Shown here: one piece after another, positions 10,740-23,125 of the stretch
Numbering within the stretch: position 1 is the first letter of the stretch
How the letters are laid out: each line of letters starts with the position of its first letter
DNA from: Octopus sinensis
Taxonomy: Eukaryota
Reading direction: 5' to 3'
NCBI RefSeq assembly: GCF_006345805.1
Contig: NC_043007.1
Span: 69,440,001 to 69,504,000, forward strand
Length of the DNA stretch: 64,000 nt
The notes under the pieces: model-generated
Database searches by the model: none
Told to the model about the DNA's origin: nothing
Seen by the model: only the letters and a program-made list of their open reading frames with translations
Made by a program: the position numbers and the translations under genes

Positions 10740-11203
10740 GCGAGTATCTGGCGCATTCAAATAACCAGTGCTCTGGGTGGGCTATACTCGTTAGCCTTGG
10801 AGAAGAAACACTCTGAGTTCAAAACCAAGGGAGCAAGGCCCTGCCGCCTTGGCAGACTACCTTGATAGAGATGGTGTCTCGAGAAAAATACCAGTTGGTA
10901 ATAAGCTACAAACACATCTAATTTGTGAGTGAAAATGCCAAGCAAAATAGATGATGATAACGGTGTGAACGGGATCGGAACCATATGTGAAGATGCTGCA
11001 CACGACAGGTGCCCCTGCTGTGCAGCAGATTGAGCCCGGTCGTAATCCAGCAACTGCTAGCCATGCTACAAGACATAAGTGGAGTAAACATGATGATCAT
11101 GGAGTGTTACTACCGCAGAATCCCAGTGGGTGCAAATGACGTGCCTTGCAGAGGGTACAGAAAACGAATGCACAGTGAATGGAAGACAATGGAACTGTTT
11201 GAA

Positions 11204-11210
<7 letters not shown>
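10740..11210 (+). mobile_element. 5' UTR and ORF start of an R4-type LINE
   Basis: MIMECYY..GYRKRMHSEW resembles the R4 N-terminus. Ends in (ATT)n. Confidence 0.6.
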
Positions 11211-11260
<50 letters not shown>

Positions 11261-11869
11261 ATTATTATTATTATTATTTCCTTCTTTCTTCAAATTTTCT
11301 TCCGTTTCTCGTCGAGTGTTTTCCGTACACCTGGGGTAGAGAAGCTCATTGTATGCATTCCCAGATTGCACACGCAAATTCGCAGGTAAAATATGTATTT
11401 AAAAAATTAATAAATAAATAAATTCATGAATGGATGTTGTTTTCACAGCGATAATGCTCTTCTCAGTACATGAGCCGTTCCAATTAACACGATTTTTTAC
11501 ACTTCCTGGTATCATTTTCAAATAGGTTTCGGTACCTCTTTTTATCATTCCTAGGGCTCCTACAATCGTAGGAGTTATTGTTGTTGTTGTTGTTGTTTTT
11601 GTTGTTGTTATGTTTATCTTTTGCTCTGTATTTGTACAAGTTGACTCTAAGACTCGACCTCAATAGACAACAAGTTAGAAGTTTAAATTGGTGTTATGAC
11701 TAGGGTGCCATATTTTGGGTTTTGCACAAAGCAGTGTTCAAGAGAATGTCTGCGAAAATATAAGAAAATTAGAAGTTTGTTCTAAAAGTAATTTGATTAT
11801 AAGATAATATCGTGATGTTAAGATGACAGTAAAAGGTGTTTGTTATTATGTATCAATACATTTAAAAGT

Positions 11870-11990
11870 ATTTTGATACTTACATTATTTACATTTGACG
11901 AATGTTTGTCATCATCTTTGTTAACACAACGTTTCGGCTGATATACCCTCCAGCCTTCATTTCGAACCTGGGTTCTCATTCCTAAAGTAT
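11870..11990 (-). mobile_element. Penelope-type terminal fragment with damaged hammerhead
   Basis: Minus strand ATGA-A-GGCTG(10 nt)CAGCC-GAAACGTT-GTGTT. The CTG and the 5' strand of stem I are missing. Confidence 0.5.
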
Positions 11991-12019
11991 TTTTCGATGT
12001 TGCTATTGTTATATTATTA

Positions 12020-12066
<47 letters not shown>

Positions 12067-12069
<3 letters not shown>

Positions 12070-12217
12070 TCACTGCTTGGAATCGAACTCGGAATCTTGG
12101 TGTTACACAGCCCGCGCTCTTAACCACTACGCCATATGCCCATGGGCATATGGCATAGAGGTTAAAAGCGCTGGCTACTAACCCCAAGATTCCGAGTTCG
12201 ATTCCAAGCAGTGACCT
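12067..12217. mobile_element. Palindromic head-to-head pair of tRNA-like units inside (TAA)n
   Basis: Two arms of about 75 nt, each with an A box (TGGCRTAGWGGTT) and a B box (GAGTTCGATTCC), centred on GCCATATGCCCATGGGCATATGGC. Confidence 0.85.
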
Positions 12218-12357
12218 AATAATAATAATAATAATAATATAATCAATAATAATAAGAAGAAGAGAAGAAGAAGAAGAAGAAGAAGAAAGAAGAAGAAGAA
12301 GAAGAAGAAGAAGAAGAAGAGAAAGAAAGAAGAAAGAAGAAGAAGGAAGAAGAAGAA

Positions 12358-12388
<31 letters not shown>

Positions 12389-12659
12389 AAAGAAGAAGAA
12401 ACAAGAAGAAGAAGAAGAAGAAGAAGAATCACTCAGACAAGCGCAAACCTCCACCAGCGCAACCCAACGATCCCTCTCACGATAAGCCGGAGATGATTTT
12501 TAAAATGAGAATATCTGAAATAAATTCGACTGCTCTCACAAACGAGAATACTAAAGATGAACCCGACCGCTCTCAAAAATTAAGTAAAAGAAAACGGAAA
12601 ATAATCCAGAATCCTTGTCCGGTACCTGGTCGATCCCAATAGTAGTCATGGAATGTAAA

Positions 12660-13010
12660 GGTGGACGTGCGGGCCGTTATTTGTAACACTGTGTGTGTAT
12701 GTTGTCTGCCATAGGAACAGGGACAGTTTTCTCTATGAAGGCTTTTTTTAGTCTATCCACTGATATAGTGTCTTTACGACCATTAAGGTCTACAGTGAAA
12801 AATTTACCCGTACGTGAAAGAAAATGGAAAGGACCTACATACGGTGCCGTTAACAGAGATTTAAAATCATCGTTACGCCCAAAAACGTGAGTCCAAGAGG
12901 TAAAGCTTTCTTCGAGGCAGAGCTAGAAATGCAATTGTCAAGTAGATAAGAGGTTTTAAACAGGAACGATATATTCAAAATTGGTAAAACTAAAATTTGT
13001 CGAGGATAAA
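12660..13010 (-). mobile_element. Gypsy integrase C-terminal remnant
   Basis: THVFGRND..LTAPYVGPF..FTVDLNGRKDTISVDRLKKAF. Confidence 0.8.
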
Positions 13011-13321
13011 TTAAGTTTACTATTGTTACTGAATATGTTAGCGTTATTTAATTTCTCAACCGTTTTGCTGCTCTGTGTACATATTCTCTGAATTCTAACA
13101 GAAAAGGGTAAGCGTTTACTTCAAGAAATGTTTTATAAGTCAAAATCATTCACCATCATAATCGTCACCACCACCACCATCATCATCCTCACTATCGTTA
13201 TCACCATCACCACTGCCGAAACTGTGACCAGCAAATAAATCACCATTACTTATTTCTTTATTACCCACAAGGGGCTAAACACAGAGGGGACAAATCACCA
13301 TTACTACCACCAACAACAAGG

Positions 13322-13520
13322 GTGGAGGCACAATGGCCGAGTGGTTAGAGCAGCGGACTCGCGGTCATAAGAACGCGGTTTCGATTCCCGGTCCGGGCAT
13401 TGTGAGTGTTTATTGAGCAAAAGCACATCAGCTTCACGAGGCTCCGGCTGGGTGTTGGCGGTGAACCCCGCTGTACTCTTTCACCACAAGTTTCTCTCAC
13501 TCTTTCTTCCTACTTCTGCT
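13322..13520 (+). mobile_element. tRNA-derived SINE family C
   Basis: GGAGGC(A/G)CAATGGCC.AGTGGTTAG..CAGCGGACTCGCGGTC head. Copies at 17378, 32176, 61984 and 62625. Confidence 0.85.
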
Positions 13521-13827
13521 ATGGTGTGGTAAAACTTTCAGACCCTAGTCTAGATTGCGAATCCTCTGTATCCCAGGATGGTTCAGCTCTCCACCCGTTA
13601 AAAGCCACCGTTTACGGAATGAGGATAACGTAGCTTTCGGACCCGTGCAACCGCCAGTCTATCGCGTGTGGTGGGTGGATCTTCAAGTTGCCACACGCAA
13701 TCTTAGTAGCTTAGAGTAGGCTCGAATTAGAGATTGCTCTGTTTTGCTAATGGCGTGAGTCCTGATTGGAAGAAGAAGACAGCAACAAGCTCAACCTCAT
13801 TCATCATCATTATTGTCATCATCTATA

Positions 13828-14250
13828 GGCGGCGAGTTGGCAGAAACGTTAGCACGCCGGGCGAAATGCGTAGCCGCATTTCGTCTGCCGCTACGTTCTG
13901 AGTTCAAATTCCGCCGAGGTCGACTTTGCCTTTCGGGGTCAATAAATTAAGTACCATTTACGCACTGAGATCGATATAATCGACTTAATCCGTTTTTCTG
14001 TCCTTGTTTGTCCCCTCTATGTTTAACCCCTTGAGGGTAATAAAGAGATAAGAAATGTTAGCACGCCGGCCGAAATGCTTAGCGGTGTGTCTTTACGTTC
14101 TGAGTTCAAATTCTACCGAGGTCGACTTTGCCTTTCATTTTTTGGGCTCGATAAATTAAGTACCAGTTGCGTATTGGGGTCGATTTAATCGACTGGCCCC
14201 CTCTCCCAAAATTTCGTGCCTTGTGCCTAGGGCAGAAAAGATTATTATCA
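13828..14250 (+). mobile_element. MetaSINE-like family D, two tandem units
   Basis: GAGTTCAAATTCC B box plus Meta-like GGTCGACTTTGCCTTTCATCCTTTCGGGGTCGATAAATTAAGTACC. Confidence 0.8.
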
Positions 14251-14406
14251 TCATCTAGCTAAGTAGAATCAAGGCCGTCCATACACAGATGAAAATTCGC
14301 TCATTTAGAATCAAAGAGAAACAATAAGTTGTTCAGTGAATTATCCATTACACTGTGTAACAAAATTCTTATTCATATATTTATTTATTTATTTTGTCTT
14401 TGGTAA

Positions 14407-14998
14407 GTACCGTAAATCCTCGAATATAATCCGCCCTTATTCATATATTTATTTATTTATTTTGTCTTTGGTAAGTACCGTAAATCCTCGAATATAATCC
14501 GCCCTTGAGTATAATACGCAGGAGATTTTTGTGGGGCTGTACCTCTGAAAAACCTAAACCTTGTGTACCTCTGAAAAACCTAAACCTTGTCTAACTTGCG
14601 TCTAACCCCTTCTCTAACTTGAGTCAAGGAGGTCTATATTACGTCCTTGTTTTGTAAGAATGTATACGGCAATGTCCTTTATTATTACTGTGTATATATC
14701 ATAATGCAAACGTGTAGCTTTTTTGTGCATTTTGTTTGCTGAAAATAAAGAAATAACAGTAATAACAGAAATAACAGATGATTCTTTTATGACTTCATTG
14801 CTTTCAGGCTTAGCTTAAGGTATTTTCGCGCCCGACATCATAAAATACGTCTGAATAAAAATTGCTGGACAGCAAATAGAGACTCGGACATTGCTTAGAA
14901 AATATTTTTCAATTTTAACCTCGTATATAGTACGCACTAGGGATTTTGACCTTTAAATTTTGGGGGGAAATGCGTATTATACTCGAGGATTTACGGTA
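14407..14998. mobile_element. Tc1/pogo-type MITE with duplicated left end
   Basis: TIR TACCGTAAATCCTCGA / TCGAGGATTTACGGTA. A 59-bp tandem duplication near 14369-14486 copies the left TIR. Confidence 0.8.
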
Positions 14999-15339
14999 AG
15001 TGCTTTTTCCTATTTGATTCTGTCTACAAATCAAAGGAAATGTTCTCGTCAAACTTTGCTTTTGTCATCTGAACATCAATGTTTTGAAACTGAACTAATT
15101 ATTTTCCATTACATATTCAGCGCTGAACTATCGTTATAGCAAATATTCTGCTTAATACCACATATTTGCTTGACATTTGCTTGACTTTATGAACCAGCTG
15201 GCAATGTCCCTTAGTGGCTGACAATATGTGTATCTCTCTGATCATGGGCAGGAGTAGTGGAGAGCATCATAGCCATGTGCTGAGAGGAATTCTTTGGGGT
15301 TTGGATAATTCACCTCATGGGTGTTTCATCCAACATCCT

Positions 15340-15880
15340 TAAACACAAGTGTGATGATGAAGATGACGATGGTAATGATGGTAATGATGATCATGATGAC
15401 GATGACTACGATGATGTTGTTGAATGTGATTGTTGAGTTTGTTGCTGTTGGTACTGGTAATGGTGGCTTCATTGCTAGTCACAGTTTTGGCGCTGGAGAT
15501 TATGATAGTGATGATAACGATGATGATGATGATGATGATGATGATGACAACGATACCGATGAAGATGGTGGTGTGTCGGTAGTGGTGGTGGTGGTGGTGG
15601 TGGTGGTGGTGATCGTCGTCGTTGGGCGGCGATGGTGGTTGGTGGTGGTGGTGGTGGTGGTGGTGGTGGTGATCGTCGTCGTTGGGCGGCGATGGTGGTG
15701 GTGGTGGTGGTGGTGTGGTGGTGGTGGTGATCGTCGTCGTTGGGCGGCGATGGTGGTTGGGTGGTGGTGGTGGTGGTGGTGGTGGTGGTGGTGGTTGGTG
15801 GTGGTGGTGGTGGCGGCGGCGGCAGCGGCGACGATAGTGGTGATGATGATGACGATGATGACGATGATGACGATGATGGT
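15340..15880. repeat. GAT/GGT low-complexity tract with higher-order unit
   Basis: GATCGTCGTCGTTGGGCGGCGATGGTGG repeated three times within (GGT)n. Confidence 0.9.
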
Positions 15881-16569
15881 GAATGTTTTTGACTTGTAAA
15901 ACATTTCTTGACAGAAATGCTTTCCGTTTTCTGTTAGAATTCGGAAAATATGTACATTGAGTAGTAAAGTTTCTTATGTTCTATTATTTTATTGTATTTA
16001 ACTTACCTAATTTCGACTGAATAAATTTTTGCTTATTTAAGAATTGGAATTACGTGGAATCAATAAAAAAAAAAAAACGAGAGTGATTTGGCTGCTATTT
16101 CTAACATGTGGAGAGACCTTCTAGGCCGAAATTCATGCACTGGTTGAAAACTGCCTACGCATGCGCATATGAACGACCAAGTTTAACAACATCTGAAATA
16201 TCGGCGTGGATATGTCTGGAGAGTAGGAGGGATTCTTTTTTTTATTGTTGTAATTGAAATTTTTAGATTTATTGCATTTCAAACTGTTTTAGGGTTAGTT
16301 AGGGTTAGGGGTTAGGGGTGGGGGAAGGGTATCTTTTTTTCTTCACAAATGTAAATAAACCCAATCTGTTTCTTAAACGAGAGACACATTCATACGGCAC
16401 AGAATGATTTTTTACCTCAGTAGACGTCAGTGATTGGTTGAAATTGCAGAAGTTGAAGAAAAAAACAACCAATATCTTTCAAACTATAGAATTTTCTCAA
16501 TAAAGCCAAGAGAAAAAGATGTATAAACACATTCTACCAGTATACGAAGTTTAAAATTTTTTAGTTACT

Positions 16570-16940
16570 CTCTTTTATACTCTTTACTCTTTTACTTGTT
16601 TCAGTCATTTGACTGCGGCCATGCTGGAGCACCGCCTTTAGTCGAGCAAATCGACCCCGGGACTTATTCTTTGTAAACCCAGTACTTATTCTATCGGTCT
16701 CTTTTGCCGAACCGCTAAGTGACGGGGACGTAAACACACCAGCATCGGTTGTCAAACAATGCTAGGGGGACAAACACAGACACACAAACACACACACATA
16801 CATATACATATATATATATATATATATACGACAGGCTTCTTTCAGTTTCCGTCTACCAAATCCACTCACAAGGCATTGGTCGGCCCGGGGCTATAGCAGA
16901 AGACACTTGCCGAAGATGCCACGCAGTGGGACTGAACCCG
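16570..16940 (-). mobile_element. SINE family A
   Basis: Reverse complement of family A, 5' head truncated. Confidence 0.9.
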
Positions 16941-17377
16941 GAAATACTAAAACATTCTTGCAATATTGTAAAAAAAAAAAAAAAAAGGCGAGAAAATTAG
17001 CGGAACTGAGTATATTTTGAAATGCCGATATCTCATCAGAATCGGAATCTCTGATGCCGAAAACGTCGGAACCTGGAGCAAAAAGAAAAACGAAAAGGTT
17101 TAGGTTAGGTATCGTACACCTCCGCCATTACTACTACTACTACTACTATCACAGGAGCATTGCCTTGTGGTTACTGTGTTGCACTCACGATCGCGAGGTT
17201 GTGGTTTCAATTTCTAGACCGGGTGGTGCCTTGTTTTTTTTTTGTGTATGTGCAAAACACTTCATTTCATATTGTTATGCGACTACTTCGACATCTGGCG
17301 TGTGGTACACTATGCATGACCTGATCAGTCGACGTCGATTTGATGGGGGAGAGTGAGATAACAAACAGTACATACTA

Positions 17378-17740
17378 GTGGAGGCGCAATGGCCCAGTGG
17401 TTAGAGCAGTGGACTCGCGGTCGTAGGATCGCGATTTCGATTCCCAGACCGGGTGTTGTAAGTGTTTTTTGAGCGAAAACAGCGAAAACTCCACGATGCT
17501 CCAGCAGAGGAGGGTGGCCATCCCTGCTGTACTCTTTCGCCACAACTTTCTTCTGTAAGCCTGCTCGCTTAGCCAGCGGAGTGGCGTCATTTGAAGGCTA
17601 AAACAATGCGAAGCGCATTGTGACCAGCGATGTGTAGCAACATCTGATAGCCTGGTCGGTCACGGTGATCACATGCATTTAATCACTACAAACAATTCAA
17701 AAGCTGAACACTCGTACGTAGGCTTCAACAGGAGAGTCCA
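17378..17740 (+). mobile_element. SINE family C
   Basis: Head and body match 13322 and 62625. Confidence 0.85.
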
Positions 17741-17843
17741 TTATTGTCCGTGTGTTGGTGTTGGTGGTATAGTATTGATACCACTAGTGGTGGTGGCTAC
17801 TGGTATTTTAAGTTAGCAACAATAACATAAGTGAAATTCTTAC

Positions 17844-17977
17844 CGTAATCCGACTGACAGATACTTTCATTTGTTGATCTTAGAGCAAGTTAACACTGGC
17901 GCCAGGAATAGTTGAGAAAGGATGGTAGAGATAAGTAGTAGACGCCGCCAAACGACGAAAGTTATTGTGACAGCCAT
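17844..17977 (-). pseudogene. TIMP: Frameshifted duplicate of TIMP exon 1
   Basis: MAVTITFVVWRRLLLISTILSQLFLAPVLT-CS, then a net 8-nt loss gives KINK*. The downstream TGTCAGTCGGA.TACG|GTAAG (CQS[D/E]Y) is shared with the intact exon at 49657-49801. No exons 2-5 found for this copy. Confidence 0.85.
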
Positions 17978-18037
17978 TTCTAGTTGTGCTGCTGTCCTGG
18001 GTAAAAGCGGGCGTTAAAATCAAACGTATATATATAT

Positions 18038-18082
<45 letters not shown>

Positions 18083-18221
18083 TATATATATGTCGAGAGC
18101 CGGGCAAAAAATAGATGTGAAACTTATATCTGTAAACTGTAGTTATCGACCTCGTTCATCGGAACATGTTTCCTTTCTGATGAGATGAGACGAAGTTCTA
18201 ATATATATATATAATATATAT

Positions 18222-18268
<47 letters not shown>

Positions 18269-18539
18269 GTAAAGAGATATGGGTATACTCAAACATATTT
18301 TACGAAGAAATATACCTTTTTTTAATCTTTCCTCCAATTGGTAGAGAGAATAAAGCCTCGAGAGACTGCTACTTTAACATCCGCCTATTTACAGGTCAGA
18401 ATGAGCATATATCCGACTCTCATTCTGATCATAGCAAATGACATTTAGTCACATTTAATTTTACATGGGGTAAGGAGAGGGGCAAGATGGGGTAATTTTA
18501 CTGCATTTTTTTTTCTTGTTTGTTTGTTTTGGAGACAAA

Positions 18540-21150
18540 ATACATTTTCTACAAATATTAACCACCTTACAAAAACTATACAAGCTAAGCAAACGTTCTT
18601 CCCTAAATGCATTAAAACCATTATAACACAATCTGATTACTATTTCAGAAAAATTACTCTGGTCAACAAAATGAAACTTCTTTTAATCATCAGAGTTGCT
18701 GATTGACTTTTCTGGGTTAATTTTTGATGCTGAATTTGAATCTGAAGTCAGATTTCCTCTATCAGGTCACATTTTTATGTTAATGATACCTGCTGCTTTA
18801 ACTTATATGATACATAAAGCATGTCTATATAAAGCATATTGAATACAAGATACGATAATTTCATGGCTTTTTATTGTACAAAATTAAAATTGTGTACAAA
18901 TAAGTTAGAATACACTCAAATGCAGAACAACTTAAAATCTTTGGGATTTGGATTTTCTATGGTGTTTTGTCTCAGGTTCGTCCCTGTATAACATCCAACA
19001 GTAGTCAGCTAACAGTCCTGCATTCCAAAATCTCGATATTATTGTTCCATTGATGCAATATCTTGATGAAAGCATTCCCCTTGCTCATCAGACACTGCTC
19101 CAAGGTTCTCTGCAAAAAGGTCCAGATGTGAATCAAGGAAATGGACTTTTAGTGACATCCAACAGCCCATTGCAGCATAGGAGTATAGAAGACATTTCAC
19201 TAGAGATCTCTTGTTGCCTAGGAAATTTTCACAGAGCCATTAGAAGGATTCCCAGTTTTTAAGCTCAATCTCATCCAGTACTGTGAGGAAGTGGTTGTAC
19301 TTCAAAAGTTCTATAATCTGCGGACCTATGAATACGTCCTCCTTCAGTTTTGCCTCGGTGATTTTTGGAAATTTGGCCTTCACATATTCAAAACCTTTTG
19401 AGCTTTTCCTGGCAAGTGTCTTCACAAATTGTTTCATGAGGTCAAGCTTTATGTGAAGAGGTGGAAGAAGTACATTTTCTGGGTTTAAAAGTGGCTTACT
19501 CTGAACGACGCTAAAAACTCCCGGCTCATATGATTTTCGCAAAGGCCACTCTGATTGCACATAGTGCTTGTTAGTTGCACGACTGTCCCACAGGCATAAA
19601 AAACAACAATATTTTGTGAACCCAGATTTCATTCCCATTAACATTCCAATCATCTTCAAGTCTCCACATATTTTCCAGCTATAGTTTGTATACTTTATGG
19701 CATTGAGGAGTACTTGCATGCTTTCATAACACTCTTTCATGTGCACTGAATTTTCCTATAGAAATGGATGGTTTCTTATTGCTATTGTGTAGTAGTACTG
19801 CCTTGAGGCTTCTCTTAGATGACTCAATGAATAAGCGCCATTCAGCTGGAACATGCTCTTGGAACAAAGAGCGAAATAACTCATCAGTGTTATTACTGAA
19901 ACAAAGTGGTCCATCAATAGAGAAGCATGAAGTCAGACCCCTATTTCTCTCCCTGAAATGAGTAATACAAACATCTTTCTTAAGCATAAACTTTTCGTGT
20001 AGGCGAGATGCTAATAGTTCAGCTTTATCCTTCGACAATGACAAGTCTCTAACTAAATCATTTAACTCTCCTTGAGAAAATTTCTGTGGTACGTCTTCAT
20101 TTTCAATCATGAAATCTGCATCCATTTCGGTGTCTTCCACAGCAGTAGTATTTTCTTCAGGAAATACATTTTCGTCAGACATCTGAAGGCCATTTTCTGG
20201 TGGTATTGGAACAGGAAGATCATCATCGTTGTGCGGTACTGGTCTTTTTGATGATTCCAAGTTGGGATACACAATCTTATGCTTGGTCTTTACAGCAAAC
20301 CCACATACATTAACATTGAAGAAATAACAGTCCATGAAATGATCCTTTGGCTCTCTCCATATCATAGGTATTGCAAACGGCATTGCTCTCTTCCTCTTAT
20401 TTATCCAATCCTTTAGTCCATTTGAACAAGCTAAGCAGATGATGTGCGGAGCCCAACTCTTATCTTGATCCCTGAGAGAGCAGCTAAAGTATAACTGGTA
20501 AATCTTCTTGATTTCACTTGTGATGGCATGTTGCTGAGCTATGGTGGTAAATGAACCACAGACATGACAAAATATATCAGGACTGTTCTTGCAATGCCTT
20601 GACATCCTGAGTAGAATTTGATGATGATGATGACTTGACACCTTAAACAGAAAGTAAAATTTATGAAAAGAAATATTATGAAAATATAAAATTACAAAAT
20701 GAATACAAATAGTTATAAAACAGAAGTCGGAATTTACCTGTATAAGACGTTTACGTGTAGCGATACTGCTGTTTGGAGTTATATACCTCTCTTATCTCAT
20801 CAGAAAAAATGTGCCTGGTAGAAGGAAACCGATTACATTTTTGAAATCTGCGGACAAAACTACATATAAAACACCATATAATATCCCTGATGAAAATTGG
20901 CTGTTGACCAGTGTTATTGCCGTTCTCTTTGAACATATAAAAGATAAATTTGACTGGGGCAACATGAGTAAGTCAAGATAAGATATATACCGATTCAGTT
21001 CTCCAGAAAACAGACTCATTCACATCAATATCCATCCCTAGACATCAGAAAGATCAGAAATGCGAAACAAATTTGAGATATCTGTGTCAAATAAAAGAGG
21101 ATCAGGGAAAAATAGCATGTGATATGAAATCAAAAAAACTCGATAACTAT
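18540..21150 (-). mobile_element. Near-complete Chapaev3-like (CMC) transposon
   Basis: N-terminal zinc finger FCHVCG..WAPHIICLAC..WREPKDHFMDCYF, then EWRLFIESS, ICGDLK, PPLHIKL, FIGPQI and MSLKVHFLDSH..SDEQGECFHQDI. Frameshift near 19745 and stops. Confidence 0.8.
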
Positions 21151-21157
21151 TTTTCTT

Positions 21158-21373
21158 TTAACTTGTTTCAGTCATTTGACTGTGGCCATGCTGGAGTACC
21201 GCCTTTAGTGGAGCAAATCCACCCCAGTACTTATTCTTTGTAAGCCTATTACTTATTCTATCGGTCTCTTTTGCCAAACCGATAAGTTACGTGGACGTAA
21301 ACATACCAGTATCGGTTGTCAAGCGATGTTGGGGGGACAAACACAGACACAAACATACACACACACACACACA

Positions 21374-21434
<61 letters not shown>

Positions 21435-21588
21435 TATATATATATATACACGATGGTCTTCTTCCAGTTTCCGTCTACCAAATCCACTCACAAGGCTTAG
21501 TAGAAGACACTTGCCCAAGGTGCCCCGCAGTGAGACTGAACCCGGATCCATATGGTTGGTAAGCAAGCTACTTACCACACAGTCACTC
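21158..21588 (-). mobile_element. SINE family A
   Basis: Reverse complement of family A. Confidence 0.9.
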
Positions 21589-21853
21589 ATTCAACATAAA
21601 ATATTCCCTATAGCTTCTTCACGATCTGCTGGAGTGTCCTCTTCATGGTGTATTTACACACCATGCAGTTAAAGAGAAGAAATTGAAGCTAGCAAATATT
21701 GATTTTACCCCATTTTAGATAAATTTTGAAACTTGAATATTATCAAATAAGACATTAGCTTGGGTAAAAGCTGACTTGGAATCCAACAGAAAAAAGGAAA
21801 TTGATTGTTAAACACCAAAAATTATCCAGATATTTTTTATTAGCAACCTGAAT

Positions 21854-22304
21854 GGACCTTTTCGGTTTGAACGGCAGTTTTTAACATAATTTCTAGGTAA
21901 CTAAAAATTTTTTAACTTCGTGTACTGGTAGAATGTGTTTATAAAACATCTTTTTCTCTTGGCTTTATTGAGAAAATTCTATGGTTTGTAAGATATTTGT
22001 TGTTGTTTTTTCTTCAATTTCTGCAATTTCAACCAATCAGTGACGTCTATTGAGTTAAAAAGCATTCTGTGTAGTATGAATATGTCCCTCGTTTAAGAAA
22101 CAGATTGGGTTTATTTACATTTGTGAAGAAAAAAAGATACCCTTCCCCCACCCCTAACCCTAATCCTTACCCTAACCCTAACCCTAACTAACTCTAACCC
22201 TAAAACAGATTGAAATGCAATAGATCGATTCTAGGGTCATAATTATGGGTGACAATTTCATATGACACCGCTAGAAAAAACTGCCGTTCAAACCGAAAAG
22301 ATCC
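21854..22304. mobile_element. MITE with GG...CC termini, 8-bp TSD and internal telomere-like repeats (Merlin-like)
   Basis: TIR GGA(C/T)CTTTTCGGTTTGAACGGCAG. TSD ACCTGAAT at 21846-21853 and 22305-22312. Internal (CCCTAA)n. Confidence 0.9.
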
Positions 22305-22899
22305 ACCTGAATTACAATCGGGTGAAAGCTGAGGAAAAATTTCTTGAAAAAAGAAAACCCGCCACCAGTCAATGTTTCAGATTCCCTCAACTTCAACAAC
22401 AACAACCAACTACACTGAGCCATTTTTACTCCTAAGGATGATGCAACTGTACCAAATGATGATGCAATACTTGCCATGTAGTGACTTCAAATAAGCAGGG
22501 AGAGAATAAGGAAAAATGAGAAGTTTTGCTCTAGTTACTAATTTTTCCTACCCACCCCTATTCTCTTTAGGAAACGCAAATACAAATATATAATGATTTA
22601 TTTAATTGCGCAATTTCTGTTTTCCGTCAATGTAGTCTGGCTCAGAAGAAGGCGTGCCAAAGATGAAATTGTTGTTAGATCCGGTTCTACACAAAGAATT
22701 GATTGGTCAGATTTTTTAAAGAGATTGATAATATTCTAGCAAATGACGATCGTATTCTTGAGTTGTGTTTTCTTTTCGTTCTGATCTTTGCTTTTTACGT
22801 CGGGTATAGTGATCGGAATTCGATTGCGAAATATCCCTGCTCACAGGATAATTAAAAAATTTTTGTTCACGTTTTTATGTTTGTTGTTTCTTATTTCTT

Positions 22900-23125
22900 T
22901 ACTACCCACAAGGGGCTAAACATAGAGGGGACAAACAAGGACAGACAAACGGATTAAGTCGATTACATCGACCCCAGTGCGTAACTGGTACTTAATTTAT
23001 CGACCCCGAAAAGATGAAAGGCAAAGTCGACCTCGGTGGAATTTGAACTCAGAACGCAGCGGCGGACAAAATACCACAAAACATTTCGCCCGGTGTGCTA
23101 CCGTTTCTGCCAGCTCGCCGCCTTT
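22900..23125 (-). mobile_element. MetaSINE-like family D
   Basis: Reverse complement of the 13828 family. Confidence 0.8.

Noticed and set aside
13111-13116. 6-nt microexon ctaacag|AAAAGG|gtaagc
   Set aside because: Too short to support without transcript data.
22600-22850. Minus-strand frame GIFRNRIPITIP...KKTQLKNTIVIC as a TIMP exon
   Set aside because: It lacks the conserved Cys/Trp and ends in a stop. The true exon 4 is at 34545-34666.
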